IMG/VR virus record: IMGVR_UViG_3300047554_000670
Strand: one strand, 5' to 3'
DNA from: an uncultured virus (IMG/VR IMGVR_UViG_3300047554_000670)
Lineage: Duplodnaviria; Heunggongvirae; Uroviricota; Caudoviricetes
Length of the DNA: 64,000 nucleotides
Below are positions 1 through 9,500 of the stretch, piece after piece. Under the pieces are notes generated by a model. The model had not been told where the DNA came from and ran no database searches. It was given only the letters and a program-made list of their open reading frames with translations. The translations under genes were made by a program, and so were the position numbers. Position 1 is the first letter of the stretch, and every line of letters starts with the position of its first letter.

Positions 1-29
1 TACATATACATATAGATAAATAAGTCATC

Positions 30-707
30 ATGATTGGATTAATAGAATTTGCTAAACCCTTTAGAGGTTTAGATGTAGATACCTTAACAAGAGTATTAGC
101 TAGTGGTAAGAAATGGACTAGACATAACAGACTTCCTATATCAAAGAAAAACACATCTATAGATTTACTTCATGGGGCACATCATGATTTTGCTGAACAA
201 TTAGCTAGGTCTGGGCAAAGAAGATTTAATAAATACAGATTTGCTCCTATTACACCTCAACTAGTTAAGAAGGTTAAAGATAAACTTAAAAAATATAAAA
301 AATGGAGAAGTTTCTATATTCATGAAGAAATCACTGATAGAAGAACTAAAAGAGCATTGAGGCAACAATTAAAAAATAGAGAGGTTGAAAACTTTGTAGC
401 TGGATTAGAAGGTCTTAAACCAGGCAACGTAAGCATAGATGACTTAGACTCTCGTTCCTATTGGTTAGGAAGAAGAGCACGTAAAAAATTAATGCCTAAG
501 GACTTAAAACAAGCTACAAGAACTGTATATGATGATTATGATGAAGGTGGTAGAAGAATTCGTAATAATCCACTTCAAGCAACAGTAGACTTAGCTACAC
601 AGAGAGCTTTACGAACATCTACTCCAACTACAGCAGCATCAACATCCTTTTACTATCGAACATCAACGAAAGGAAAAAGACATAAAGTAAGAAAGAATAA
701 TATATAA
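30..707 (+). CDS. Basic protein of the 'MIGLIEF' family (putative capsid-internal/cargo protein)
   Basis: Starts MIGLIEF-AK, is K/R-rich, and ends with YYRTSTKGKRHKVRK, which resembles the family's VxSYxRxxGKxV tag. Confidence 0.6.
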   Translation: MIGLIEFAKPFRGLDVDTLTRVLASGKKWTRHNRLPISKKNTSIDLLHGAHHDFAEQLARSGQRRFNKYRFAPITPQLVKKVKDKLKKYKKWRSFYIHEEITDRRTKRALRQQLKNREVENFVAGLEGLKPGNVSIDDLDSRSYWLGRRARKKLMPKDLKQATRTVYDDYDEGGRRIRNNPLQATVDLATQRALRTSTPTTAASTSFYYRTSTKGKRHKVRKNNI

Positions 708-730
708 ATAATAAATATATCAATTTAACC

Positions 731-1606
731 ATGATCGGACTTATAGAACTGACACGATACCCTCATCTTTATAAATTTAATAAAGCTCTTAATATTAAAT
801 CCTATATTCGTAATATAGGTGGTAAGGCAGTAAGAGTAACCTCTCATAGACGACAAGCTATTATGAGAGCACATGAAGCTGCTGATGATTTATTAGCACA
901 AACTGATAGCTTATCTAGAGAGTATGGCTATCTATTAAGCCCTTCCGGTAGATTATCAAAAAGATTCTCAGGTGAGGGTAGTAGTATAAGTATGCCTCAG
1001 AGTAGAGCTATCTCCTTTGACTTACATAACCATCCTAGAGGACTTTTAGAAGGGGATTCAGGTCTTCAGACCATGCCTAGTTGGGGGGATTTAGAACTAA
1101 CTAGAGGATTTAACCAAGGGGCTATTGTAACGCCCACTAAAGTTGGTTCTTATAGAGCTAGATACTATATTAAAAACCCTAAAGAGAATCTAAATAACCT
1201 CAGAGAAGAGATGGATAATGATATTGATACACGAATGTTTATCGGTGCTTTAAGAGCTTCTTCTAGATATGAAATAGAGGATGACATCTTAACTGATTCA
1301 TATTTTGCGGCAGCTAATAGAGAATTTCTTCGTAAGAGTAATAAGATACACTATCGAGAATATGGGGCACCAGGAAAATACATCATTGAATTAGATAATG
1401 AGAACCTATACGGAAACAACCCTTATCTTCAGCAAATCGCAAATAATCAAGATACTAAAATACCGAAAGAGGTCGCTAATGAACTTTTAGCAAAGATTGA
1501 TTCTTTAGGAGATACTATAATTTCAGAACTCCGGTTTTTATTTGATAGAGAACCTAGAAGGGGCTTAAAAGATGAAATTACAAAAAGAATTAAAAGTTCT
1601 CAATAA
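731..1606 (+). CDS. 'MIGLIEL' family protein with JAB/MPN-like metalloenzyme motif
   Basis: MIGLIEL leader, IKSYIRNIGGKAVRVTSHRR tag, then E...HNHP...PSWGD matching the JAB E-HxH-S-x2-D pattern. Confidence 0.6.
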   Translation: MIGLIELTRYPHLYKFNKALNIKSYIRNIGGKAVRVTSHRRQAIMRAHEAADDLLAQTDSLSREYGYLLSPSGRLSKRFSGEGSSISMPQSRAISFDLHNHPRGLLEGDSGLQTMPSWGDLELTRGFNQGAIVTPTKVGSYRARYYIKNPKENLNNLREEMDNDIDTRMFIGALRASSRYEIEDDILTDSYFAAANREFLRKSNKIHYREYGAPGKYIIELDNENLYGNNPYLQQIANNQDTKIPKEVANELLAKIDSLGDTIISELRFLFDREPRRGLKDEITKRIKSSQ

Positions 1607-1660
1607 TATTAGATTCTATTTTGCTTACACCTAAATACTATTTATATAAGTAAACCTTAC

Positions 1661-1689
1661 TTGCCCTATCTACCCATATCTTATATACT
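1661..1689 (+). promoter_or_regulatory. sigma70-type promoter for 1738..2334
   Basis: TTGCCC-17 nt-TATACT. Confidence 0.55.
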
Positions 1690-1737
1690 CTAGGGGTACA
1701 AACACAAGTACAATATACGCAAGTAGATATACTTTAT

Positions 1738-2334
1738 ATGTCATTGATCAATGCCTTTAACAACGTTACAGAACAATCTCTAGTATTAACGAAAGAATAT
1801 CTAGAAGTTACACCTTCATTGTCATCTGTTGGAATATATGGATGGAATAAAGAGCAGGATAAGGGAAATACAGATGAAGGTAATACAGTAAAAGTTCAAT
1901 TTGTTAATGATAGAGGTGTAAAATACGATTTTTCTTACCACGTATGTAAGATAGAATCTGTCACTAAATGCTACGGGTATGTAACTTCATGGAGTACGGA
2001 TATAACAAAAGCACTAGATAATAAATACTATGAAAGTTGGGCTTATCATATAGAACAAACCATAAGTAATCTAAAGGAATTTACTTTCGTCAGTAACAAT
2101 TATGAGAAATTATGTTTTACTTCATACAATGATGGGTACTTACCTGAATACGACAGTAGTAACTATCCAATAGGATATGCATCTGGGTTTGATGATAGAA
2201 AGATTCCTCAATTTACTGCATATAACAGAACCCAACATACAAATACCAATAATGTAACCCATCATAACTATACTTATGTGCAAAGTCTAACTAATGAAGA
2301 TATAAAGAATGGGTTTGTTGTAATTAAACTTTAA
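1738..2334 (+). CDS. Hypothetical protein
   Basis: 198-aa ORF with its own promoter-like element; no motif recognised. Confidence 0.7.
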   Translation: MSLINAFNNVTEQSLVLTKEYLEVTPSLSSVGIYGWNKEQDKGNTDEGNTVKVQFVNDRGVKYDFSYHVCKIESVTKCYGYVTSWSTDITKALDNKYYESWAYHIEQTISNLKEFTFVSNNYEKLCFTSYNDGYLPEYDSSNYPIGYASGFDDRKIPQFTAYNRTQHTNTNNVTHHNYTYVQSLTNEDIKNGFVVIKL

Positions 2335-2350
2335 CCCTACATTATTTTTA

Positions 2351-2450
2351 TTGACCTTACCCTCATGTACCTATAATATATTAGGTTTTACACTGTAAGT
2401 ATGTACCTCTCACGCCTCTTAACAATGCGCACCCTGAGGGGTCTCTTTTT
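2351..2450 (+). ncRNA. Candidate small structured RNA, or a complex terminator
   Basis: TTGACC-17-TAATAT (2351-2379), then stem ACCTCTCA/TGAGGGGT (2405-2442) enclosing CGC-CTCTTAACAAT-GCG, then a T tract. Confidence 0.35.
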
Positions 2451-2457
2451 ATAAGAA

Positions 2458-2485
2458 TAAAAAAGGAGTTATCTAGTAACTCCTT
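2458..2485 (-). terminator. Intrinsic terminator for 2513..2896
   Basis: AAGGAGTTA-TCTAG-TAACTCCTT hairpin with an A run on its left (U tract on the minus strand). Confidence 0.7.
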
Positions 2486-2512
2486 AATCGGTATTTTATA
2501 TATTTTATATAG

Positions 2513-2896
2513 TTATAGACTTCCTAATCGTTCAAGTACATCTTTACCTGTATGTCCATCCCATGCATAAGGAGGAATTTCTACTTCAGGTACTCTAAAA
2601 TCATCCCAGTACTTAGCCTCATAGTGATTACTAACCTGACCTGTAGGAAGAATAGCTACGACAATAAACCATTCATTAGGCTTATCAAAACACCATTTAC
2701 CATCTTCATGTTTCCAGCTTTTATGAACCTCACAGACGTTGTTTGCTGCCAATAGGTTAAATAACGCGGCATTATAGACTCGACGAAAATCATATAACTC
2801 CTTAAAACTATGATAACCATCATGAAGTAATTCTTTTTGGTCTTCAGGTAATTCGTCAATTAATGCTTGAATATCAGTTAGCGATTGTACACTCAT
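2513..2896 (-). CDS. Conserved phage protein with C-terminal WDGH motif
   Basis: DGYHSFKELY...WKHEDG...GQVSNHY...WDGHT pattern. Confidence 0.7.
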   Translation of the reverse strand: MSVQSLTDIQALIDELPEDQKELLHDGYHSFKELYDFRRVYNAALFNLLAANNVCEVHKSWKHEDGKWCFDKPNEWFIVVAILPTGQVSNHYEAKYWDDFRVPEVEIPPYAWDGHTGKDVLERLGSL

Positions 2897-2934
2897 CTTT
2901 CGTTGTTGTTAAGAACTAGAATATACTAACATAA

Positions 2935-2963
2935 ACTATAAATATAAACTATAAATATAGCAA
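2935..2963 (-). promoter_or_regulatory. sigma70-type promoter for 2513..2896, overlapping a 13-bp tandem duplication (ATAAACTATAAAT x2, 2931-2956)
   Basis: Minus strand TTGCTA-17 nt-TATAGT. Confidence 0.55.
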
Positions 2964-2973
2964 TATATAATGT

Positions 2974-4683
2974 ATGGCTTCTCATAAGAAACAGAAAGAA
3001 TTATTACAGAAACAACTTGAACTACAACAGCTTAGAGATTATAAGAAACAGGTACAAGCTGATAAAGAACGTTTAGCTAAAATAACTAATTATGCTAAAG
3101 CAGAGAAGTCTTTATATGAATACCATAAATTGACTTGGAATTTTCATGTACCTCAGCCTTTTATTGATAACTGGCATATTGGTGCTATATGTGAACATCT
3201 TCAAGCTCTTCACAACAGAGAGTTCCGCAATCTTATCATTAACATTCCTCCACGATTTGCTAAATCCACTATTTGTTCCATCTCATTTCCTACATGGGCT
3301 TGGATTAATAAACCTGAAGAACAGTTCATGACTACCTCATATAGTGATGATATTGTTCTAAGAGACTCCACACGTAGTCGTAGTCTTATTCAACATGAGT
3401 GGTATCAAGAAGGTTGGGGACATAGATTTGAACTACGAAAGAATGTAAATCAAAAGAGTCGATATGAGAATAACTTAGGAGGATATAGGATTGCATCTAC
3501 TATTGGTGCTGGTAAACAACTTGGAGAAGGCTATACGTGTTTGATTGTAGATGACCCTCTAAAATCTATCGAAGCATTTAATAAAGCTGCATGTAGTAAG
3601 GTCATAGATTGGTGGAAATACACTATCTCTACCCGTGCTAACACTGATAATGCGGTACGTCTGATTATTATGCAAAGACTCTCTGAGATGGACCTTGTAG
3701 AACATATATTAAAAGAAGATGCACAAGAGGAAGATTGGTATCATTTATGTCTTCCTATGCGATATGAGAAGAGACCTAAGTATGTAACAAGAAGTCCCCT
3801 TAAGTTTGTAGACCCTAGAACTGAGGAGGGAGAACTACTTTGTCCTAAGTATCAGAATGAAGCTAAGGTTCGTATCCTAGAGTCTCAACTTGGTAAATAT
3901 GGTACAGCAGCACAGTTACAACAACGTCCAGCTCCCATTGGCGGAGGATTAATTAAAGAGGATGATATCAAGTTCTATGCTCAATCCATCTCTCCCTATC
4001 AATACCCAATTCTCTTTCACTACCTTATTAGTTCTTGGGACTTTAACTTTGGTGATGAGAATCAAACCTCTAACAATTCATTCTGTGTAGGTCAAGTATG
4101 GGGATTTGGTAAAGACCAACGATACTATCTGTTACATCAGACTAAAGGACATTGGAGCTTTACGGAACAAATTGATGCTATCAAGCGTATGAATAAAATG
4201 TTTCCTCAAATCCGATATAACATAATTGAACAAATGGCTACAGGTTCTGCCGCTATTGATACTATACGTAAAGAGCTTCCTCGTCTTAATGTACAAGGGA
4301 TTAAACCTAAGGACTTTAACTGGGGTGGAAATAAACAAAATACTAAGCTACTTCGAGTTAACGCTTATCTTCCCGTATTTGAAAACAATAAAGTATGGAT
4401 TCCCTCTAAATCTATTGCACCTTGGGTTCTTGAATACGTACAAGAGTTAGTTACATTTCCAGCAAGTCAATATGATGATCAAATTGATGCAACAGTATTA
4501 GCATTAATGTGGTTTGAAAGTAAGAATCTAATGAAGGGAACTGGAATTGACATAAGTGAAGAGCTTAGAAGAACAGAACAGGAAAGACGATTCTACAATA
4601 CCCAGGACGTTAATAAAGGTAGAATTAATACAGCAACATCAATAGCCTTAAGTGCCTTTGATAAACCAAGAAATATATTTTAA
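2974..4683 (+). CDS. terL: Terminase large subunit
   Basis: Walker A-like INIPPRFAKST, Walker B LIVDDP, coupling motif IMQRL, nuclease motifs SWD and DDQIDA. Confidence 0.95.
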   Translation: MASHKKQKELLQKQLELQQLRDYKKQVQADKERLAKITNYAKAEKSLYEYHKLTWNFHVPQPFIDNWHIGAICEHLQALHNREFRNLIINIPPRFAKSTICSISFPTWAWINKPEEQFMTTSYSDDIVLRDSTRSRSLIQHEWYQEGWGHRFELRKNVNQKSRYENNLGGYRIASTIGAGKQLGEGYTCLIVDDPLKSIEAFNKAACSKVIDWWKYTISTRANTDNAVRLIIMQRLSEMDLVEHILKEDAQEEDWYHLCLPMRYEKRPKYVTRSPLKFVDPRTEEGELLCPKYQNEAKVRILESQLGKYGTAAQLQQRPAPIGGGLIKEDDIKFYAQSISPYQYPILFHYLISSWDFNFGDENQTSNNSFCVGQVWGFGKDQRYYLLHQTKGHWSFTEQIDAIKRMNKMFPQIRYNIIEQMATGSAAIDTIRKELPRLNVQGIKPKDFNWGGNKQNTKLLRVNAYLPVFENNKVWIPSKSIAPWVLEYVQELVTFPASQYDDQIDATVLALMWFESKNLMKGTGIDISEELRRTEQERRFYNTQDVNKGRINTATSIALSAFDKPRNIF

Positions 4684-4712
4684 TACCTAGATATTCTAGA
4701 AATCTATTTTAA
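4666..4712 (+). repeat. 3'-end echo of terL (PRNIF* followed by SRNLF*)
   Basis: cca aga aat ata ttt taa vs tct aga aat cta ttt taa, 29-nt offset. Confidence 0.6.
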
Positions 4713-4731
4713 CAACTAATTCATACCCATT

Positions 4732-5445
4732 ATGGTCAAAAAGAATAACGAAAGAAGAAATCAGATACTTAAAGGTGCGGGTATTGCCGCCGGGGGTATT
4801 GGGGTATTAGGAGCGGGAGCTTATGCATTAAGAAAAGGGAAGTTTGGTAAACCTAAAACCCCTCAGACACAAACATCTAACCCTAATCCTCTTACAGCAC
4901 CTCCGTCTGCTCCTAAAGCACCTAGTTCAGCCCCTCCACCTACTCCACCTAAACCACCTAAAGTTTCTAGAAAAAAGAAGAAAGCGGCAAAGAAAGCTGC
5001 CGCAAAAGCCCAAGGACTTAAATATTCTAATAACCACACAAACACTATAGACTTCAATATGTATAAACCTAAATCACGATATGTCTCTGACTATGATAAT
5101 TATGAATTTGGATTTAACCCATTTCGTAAGAAGAGTCTAATCAAAATTGCACCTATTACAGGAAAGAAAAAACTACCGGGTGCATCTAAAACTCCAATTA
5201 CAGATAATCCCATGGCAAGAATGGGGAATAGAAATAAGAGACCTAATCCCCTTGCTGCAAGTAGAGATGATGATTTGAGTAAATCTATTATTGGGCAAAG
5301 ACGTACAGCAGGAGCTAATTATTCTAAGATGAATAAAGCCCCTCAGTATAGTTCTCCTGGTGGTAGAGGTATTAATGCAGGATATGCAAAACCCCGTAAA
5401 CCTACAAATATGAATCTTAATTCTCGTATGGGACGTAAAAGATAA
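4732..5445 (+). CDS. Basic Gly-helix protein, putative cargo family
   Basis: N-terminal GAGIAAGGIGVLGAGAYAL helix, Pro-rich linker, internal IDF|N and YEF|G motifs; paralogous to the next gene. Confidence 0.65.
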   Translation: MVKKNNERRNQILKGAGIAAGGIGVLGAGAYALRKGKFGKPKTPQTQTSNPNPLTAPPSAPKAPSSAPPPTPPKPPKVSRKKKKAAKKAAAKAQGLKYSNNHTNTIDFNMYKPKSRYVSDYDNYEFGFNPFRKKSLIKIAPITGKKKLPGASKTPITDNPMARMGNRNKRPNPLAASRDDDLSKSIIGQRRTAGANYSKMNKAPQYSSPGGRGINAGYAKPRKPTNMNLNSRMGRKR

Positions 5446-5463
5446 TACTAAAAGTTAAATAAC

Positions 5464-5988
5464 ATGGCAAATAACAAAAAAGATAACAGAAAAAGAAATA
5501 TTGCTATAGGAGCATCTATAGCAGGAGGTCTAGGAGCTTTAGGTACAGGGGCTTATTTTCTTAGGAGAAAAAAACTTGGTAAAACTAAACCCACTATGCC
5601 ACCTAATAAACCCGTAAAAGCTCCCTTTGACCCTTCAGGCCCATCTATTCAACAAATAGAGTGGGCATTAGACGATGTTCTAGGCCCTGTTAGACCGGTG
5701 TACAAACCAAAGTCTATAACAATTGATGATGATATTCCTGTAGCTAGTAAAAGCCCCTCTGGTCCTAGGGTGATATCTATTGATGATGATACACCGGAGG
5801 TTACCTCATATATGAGGAAATCAAAAAAAGGTAAAGTACATAGAGTTAGTAAGAGTAAACTAAAGCGCCGACGTGAACAACAATTAGCTGTAAATAAACC
5901 CAGAGCAAAGCGGGATACACAATTCATGGGAAAAAACCAAAGCACTCTTAATTTTAATATGTATAGGCCAAATAAATTTAGATTTTAA
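5464..5988 (+). CDS. Basic Gly-helix protein, putative cargo family
   Basis: IAIGASIAGGLGALGTGAYFL helix, VTSYMRKSKKGKVHRV tag, LNF|NMYRP shared with IDF|NMYKP of the previous gene. Confidence 0.65.
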   Translation: MANNKKDNRKRNIAIGASIAGGLGALGTGAYFLRRKKLGKTKPTMPPNKPVKAPFDPSGPSIQQIEWALDDVLGPVRPVYKPKSITIDDDIPVASKSPSGPRVISIDDDTPEVTSYMRKSKKGKVHRVSKSKLKRRREQQLAVNKPRAKRDTQFMGKNQSTLNFNMYRPNKFRF

Positions 5989-6002
5989 GTCTATATAACA
6001 AC

Positions 6003-6030
6003 AAAAACCCCACTTATTACGGTGGGGTTA
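6003..6030 (-). terminator. Intrinsic terminator between convergent genes
   Basis: AACCCCAC...GTGGGGTT stem with an A run on the left. Confidence 0.7.
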
Positions 6031-6054
6031 ATTATATTTATAACTTAAGTTTTG

Positions 6055-6103
6055 TTATTCAGCTACAGGGAATTTATGTAGATTATTCAGCGATAGGACA
6101 TTC
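6055..6103 (-). repeat. 3'-end echo of the HU gene (PIAE* followed by PVAE*)
   Basis: Minus strand cct atc gct gaa taa vs cct gta gct gaa taa, 28-nt offset. Confidence 0.65.
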
Positions 6104-6475
6104 ACCCGTAGGGCATAGTTCACTTTCTTTAGCACCATAAGGAGCTTCACCGTCATAGGTAGCAACCAAAGACTTGAAGCTGCTGTATGCACTAAAGTTA
6201 GGAACATACTTTTCAGGAACTTCAACTTTTACATTGGGATTCTGAGGGTTGTTACGCAAAGAAGCTGCACGATAACGAGCCTCAAATACACCAAACTCAT
6301 GCAGTGCTACATCATAACCATTAGCAACAGAAACTTTAATAAAATCCAGTAGTTCACCCACAATCAGAGTGGACTTTTCTTTATTAAGCTTAATACCTTG
6401 GTCAGCAAGCAATCCTTGCATATGAGTACCGAGGTCAGCTTTGGTATAGCGATAGCGTTGAGTACGTGTAGCCAT
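6083..6475 (-). CDS. hup: HU/IHF-like DNA-binding protein
   Basis: G.dV.L..FG.F..R.R.A...NPQ.....VP....P.F motif; GGAGA RBS. Confidence 0.9.
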   Translation of the reverse strand: MATRTQRYRYTKADLGTHMQGLLADQGIKLNKEKSTLIVGELLDFIKVSVANGYDVALHEFGVFEARYRAASLRNNPQNPNVKVEVPEKYVPNFSAYSSFKSLVATYDGEAPYGAKESELCPTGECPIAE

Positions 6476-6504
6476 GTTTTGTTCTCCGTGTTTACGTTGT
6501 TTAT

Positions 6505-9500
6505 GTGTGTTATTATATGGCTACCAAACATAAAAGTCAACATATAAATAGGATTATGTCAGATATTCTTTCTGATACACATAAGCTACAAGAGATAAAG
6601 AATAAAGACAAGAATAAAGTCCTTAGTTTATCTCGGAATGTAAAGAATGAGAACAGACAAGCTAGAGAAGCTAAGGAAGTAGGTAAATTCTTTGATGATA
6701 CTCTCTTTCGTTATAGCAACACAATTAGAGCTAAGATTCGTCAGCTCGTAGTTAATAGTGAGGGTAAAGACTTAGGTATTGGTAAGATACTAAGTCCTTA
6801 TCTTAAAGTTCTTTGGTATGAATGTTTACATGAAGGATTATTCTCTGTATATAAGACTAATAATACTAACAGCTATAAATCTGATAAGAACAAGAATGAC
6901 TTTAACCATTATAACAACCCTAGAGTAATTGAATTTGCAACTATAGACTTATCTGGTAGAGGTAAATCAGATGAGAATAAGCCTAAATATAGTGAGAGAC
7001 AACAGAGAATTCTAAGTAGAGCACAAAGAGATTCTGTTCCTAGAGGGGTGCAGATGTTAGCTGAGAATATTAAGGATGTTGACTCTTTATCTCCTGAAAT
7101 TCAAACTCGTATTCTTGATCATGTACAGCGTAATCCAGGTCAATATAGAGAAGGTGATTTAGATTTAATTTATGAGTCTTTTAATAGGAAGAACAAAATA
7201 CGTTTAAGAGATGCTACAAAGTCTATAGGGGAGGTTCGTACTACTAGTCCGGGGAAAAGTCAGCGTATGGGTTTTGTTCCTTCTAGTACTAAGGAAGGAC
7301 AACGTAGAATTCAGAACTTACAGGCTGAACGTGCAGACCTTAAAACTAGAATTAAAAGTACTAAATTAACGAAAGAAGAAGCAAAAGCTTTACGTGATTT
7401 AGAATCTTTATCACCGGATGCTCAAAATGCAATACGATTAAGGTATTTAGGAAGAGAAATTGATCCTAATGACCCATTATCTGTTGCATTAAATAAGTCA
7501 GAAGCTAAAGAAAATACTAAAAGACTTAAAGAAACTACACGAGAGTTACGGGATAGAGGTGTTCGTGTAGGTAATCCATTAGCAGAATCCAAGTCACCTA
7601 AGACTCCTAAGGAACCTAAAGGGGCAAAGGTAAGAACCAATACTCGTAAAGGGGATGTTGTATCAAAAGGTTTTGCTAATCAAGAATACGATGAGATTAT
7701 TGATTCTTGGGATACTTTAAGTAACTATGATAGAAGTCGAGTAATTAAGAAACTTGAAGAACAAGAAGCTATTAAAGATATTTTAGAGTCTTCTATGTCT
7801 AAGGAAGATAAAAACTTAAGCTTAAAGTTACTTCTAAATAAAGAAGCTAAGGTAGAAGATTTTCAAAACTTCCGTCCTATGGAAATTCCTGATTCCATAA
7901 GTAATTGGATTGAAGAAAATGCTACTCGTAGAAAAGCTTACATGGAAGGGTATAGGCAGAATTTACAACTAAAGGTATCTCCTAGTGGTAAAATTCCTGA
8001 AGATTATTTCACTGCTAGGTCTAATACTTTACTTCCTAAGTCTGAAAAAGCTACGAAAGAAGAAATTAAAACAATATTAGCAAATAAGAAACTAACAGAT
8101 AAAGAAAAAGTCATTGCTATTGATAGACTTACTGGTCCAGGTAAGAATAGAACTGTAAGACGACAAGTTATTGGATATATTAAAGAGAGAGAAGGTTTTA
8201 CTTTAGATAGTTTAGTTAATACAGTTCATACAGCTAGACTTGGTGAAGATAGAGCTTATCAAGGAGTTAATCTTAGAGATAGATTAAAATCTTTACTTTC
8301 GTTGTCCCCTAAAAATATCCCATCTGGTAGTAGACCAGGTACATTAGCTAGAGGTACTGAAGTTGATATAAGAGAACGTATACGAGATATCGAAACATAT
8401 TATCCTTATTTGACAGGTAAGTATGATGCTGCTCAGTATATGGAAGCTCGTACTCTAGAACTTAGTAACTATTATGAGGAAGAGTTTAAGAACGGAATTA
8501 AAACTCGGATAGCTGAACTATATAAGAATAAAGATATTACTCCATCACAGAGAAAGAAACTAATCTCTGAAATGATTTCTCAAGTAGAAACAGGTACACA
8601 ACCTTTAAGTAAAGCTGATTCATCTCTTATTACTAGGTTAAGAGAATCATTTAATAAAGAAAGAGTAAAACCCTCTAAAGACCAAAGTACAAAGCTTGAT
8701 CGAATTGAAGATGAAGCTCGTAAGATATGGGTACGTAAACAAAGAATTGAATCTTTAATTGCCATACTTCAACAACCCCGTAATCCTTCAGCTACACCTG
8801 AAGAAGCTAAAGCCTATAATAATAAGAAATTAAAAGCTGTTAAAGAACTATCGGCTGAATTTGGAATTGAAGTTCCAAGAAATGACAAAGGCAATATCTC
8901 TATTAGTGGATTAAATCCAAGTATAGATAAATTTTATAAAGAAATGGAAGCCTTAGGAATTACTTCGGGAATTAAAGGTACAGATTTTATTGGTAAATAT
9001 ACTAAGACTAAAGGTAAAGTTAAGCCTAAGGATGTAGTTCCCGTAGATTCTCTTCCACCTGATTTAGTGGAAGAACTTAAGGTTAGAGGTTTACTTAGAA
9101 GAGGTAAAGGTTCAACAGGTTATCAAGAAACTATATCTCAACAAACTGTAAACACTATAGCTAAGAAGATTAGGACTGAACATGAACGTACTCAGAATAG
9201 ATATACTGGGGTTAACCCTATTGTTGTAGAAGAGCATAAGTCTTTACAGGAAGCACGTAGACAATATAAGACTTTACAAGAAACCTATAGAACTAGAACA
9301 GCTAGAGGGATAAGTGCTAAGAAACCTCCTTCCTTACAGGAACTCTATATACAAACCCATAGAGCTAGATTAGGAAGAGAACTTAGACCTGATGAGGTAT
9401 TAAGTGAAGCTGAGATGAATAACTTAGATAATTTAGTTGTTAATCCTTATCAACGTCTCGATAGAATTCTTAACAATGAAATTACTACAGCTTATAACTT

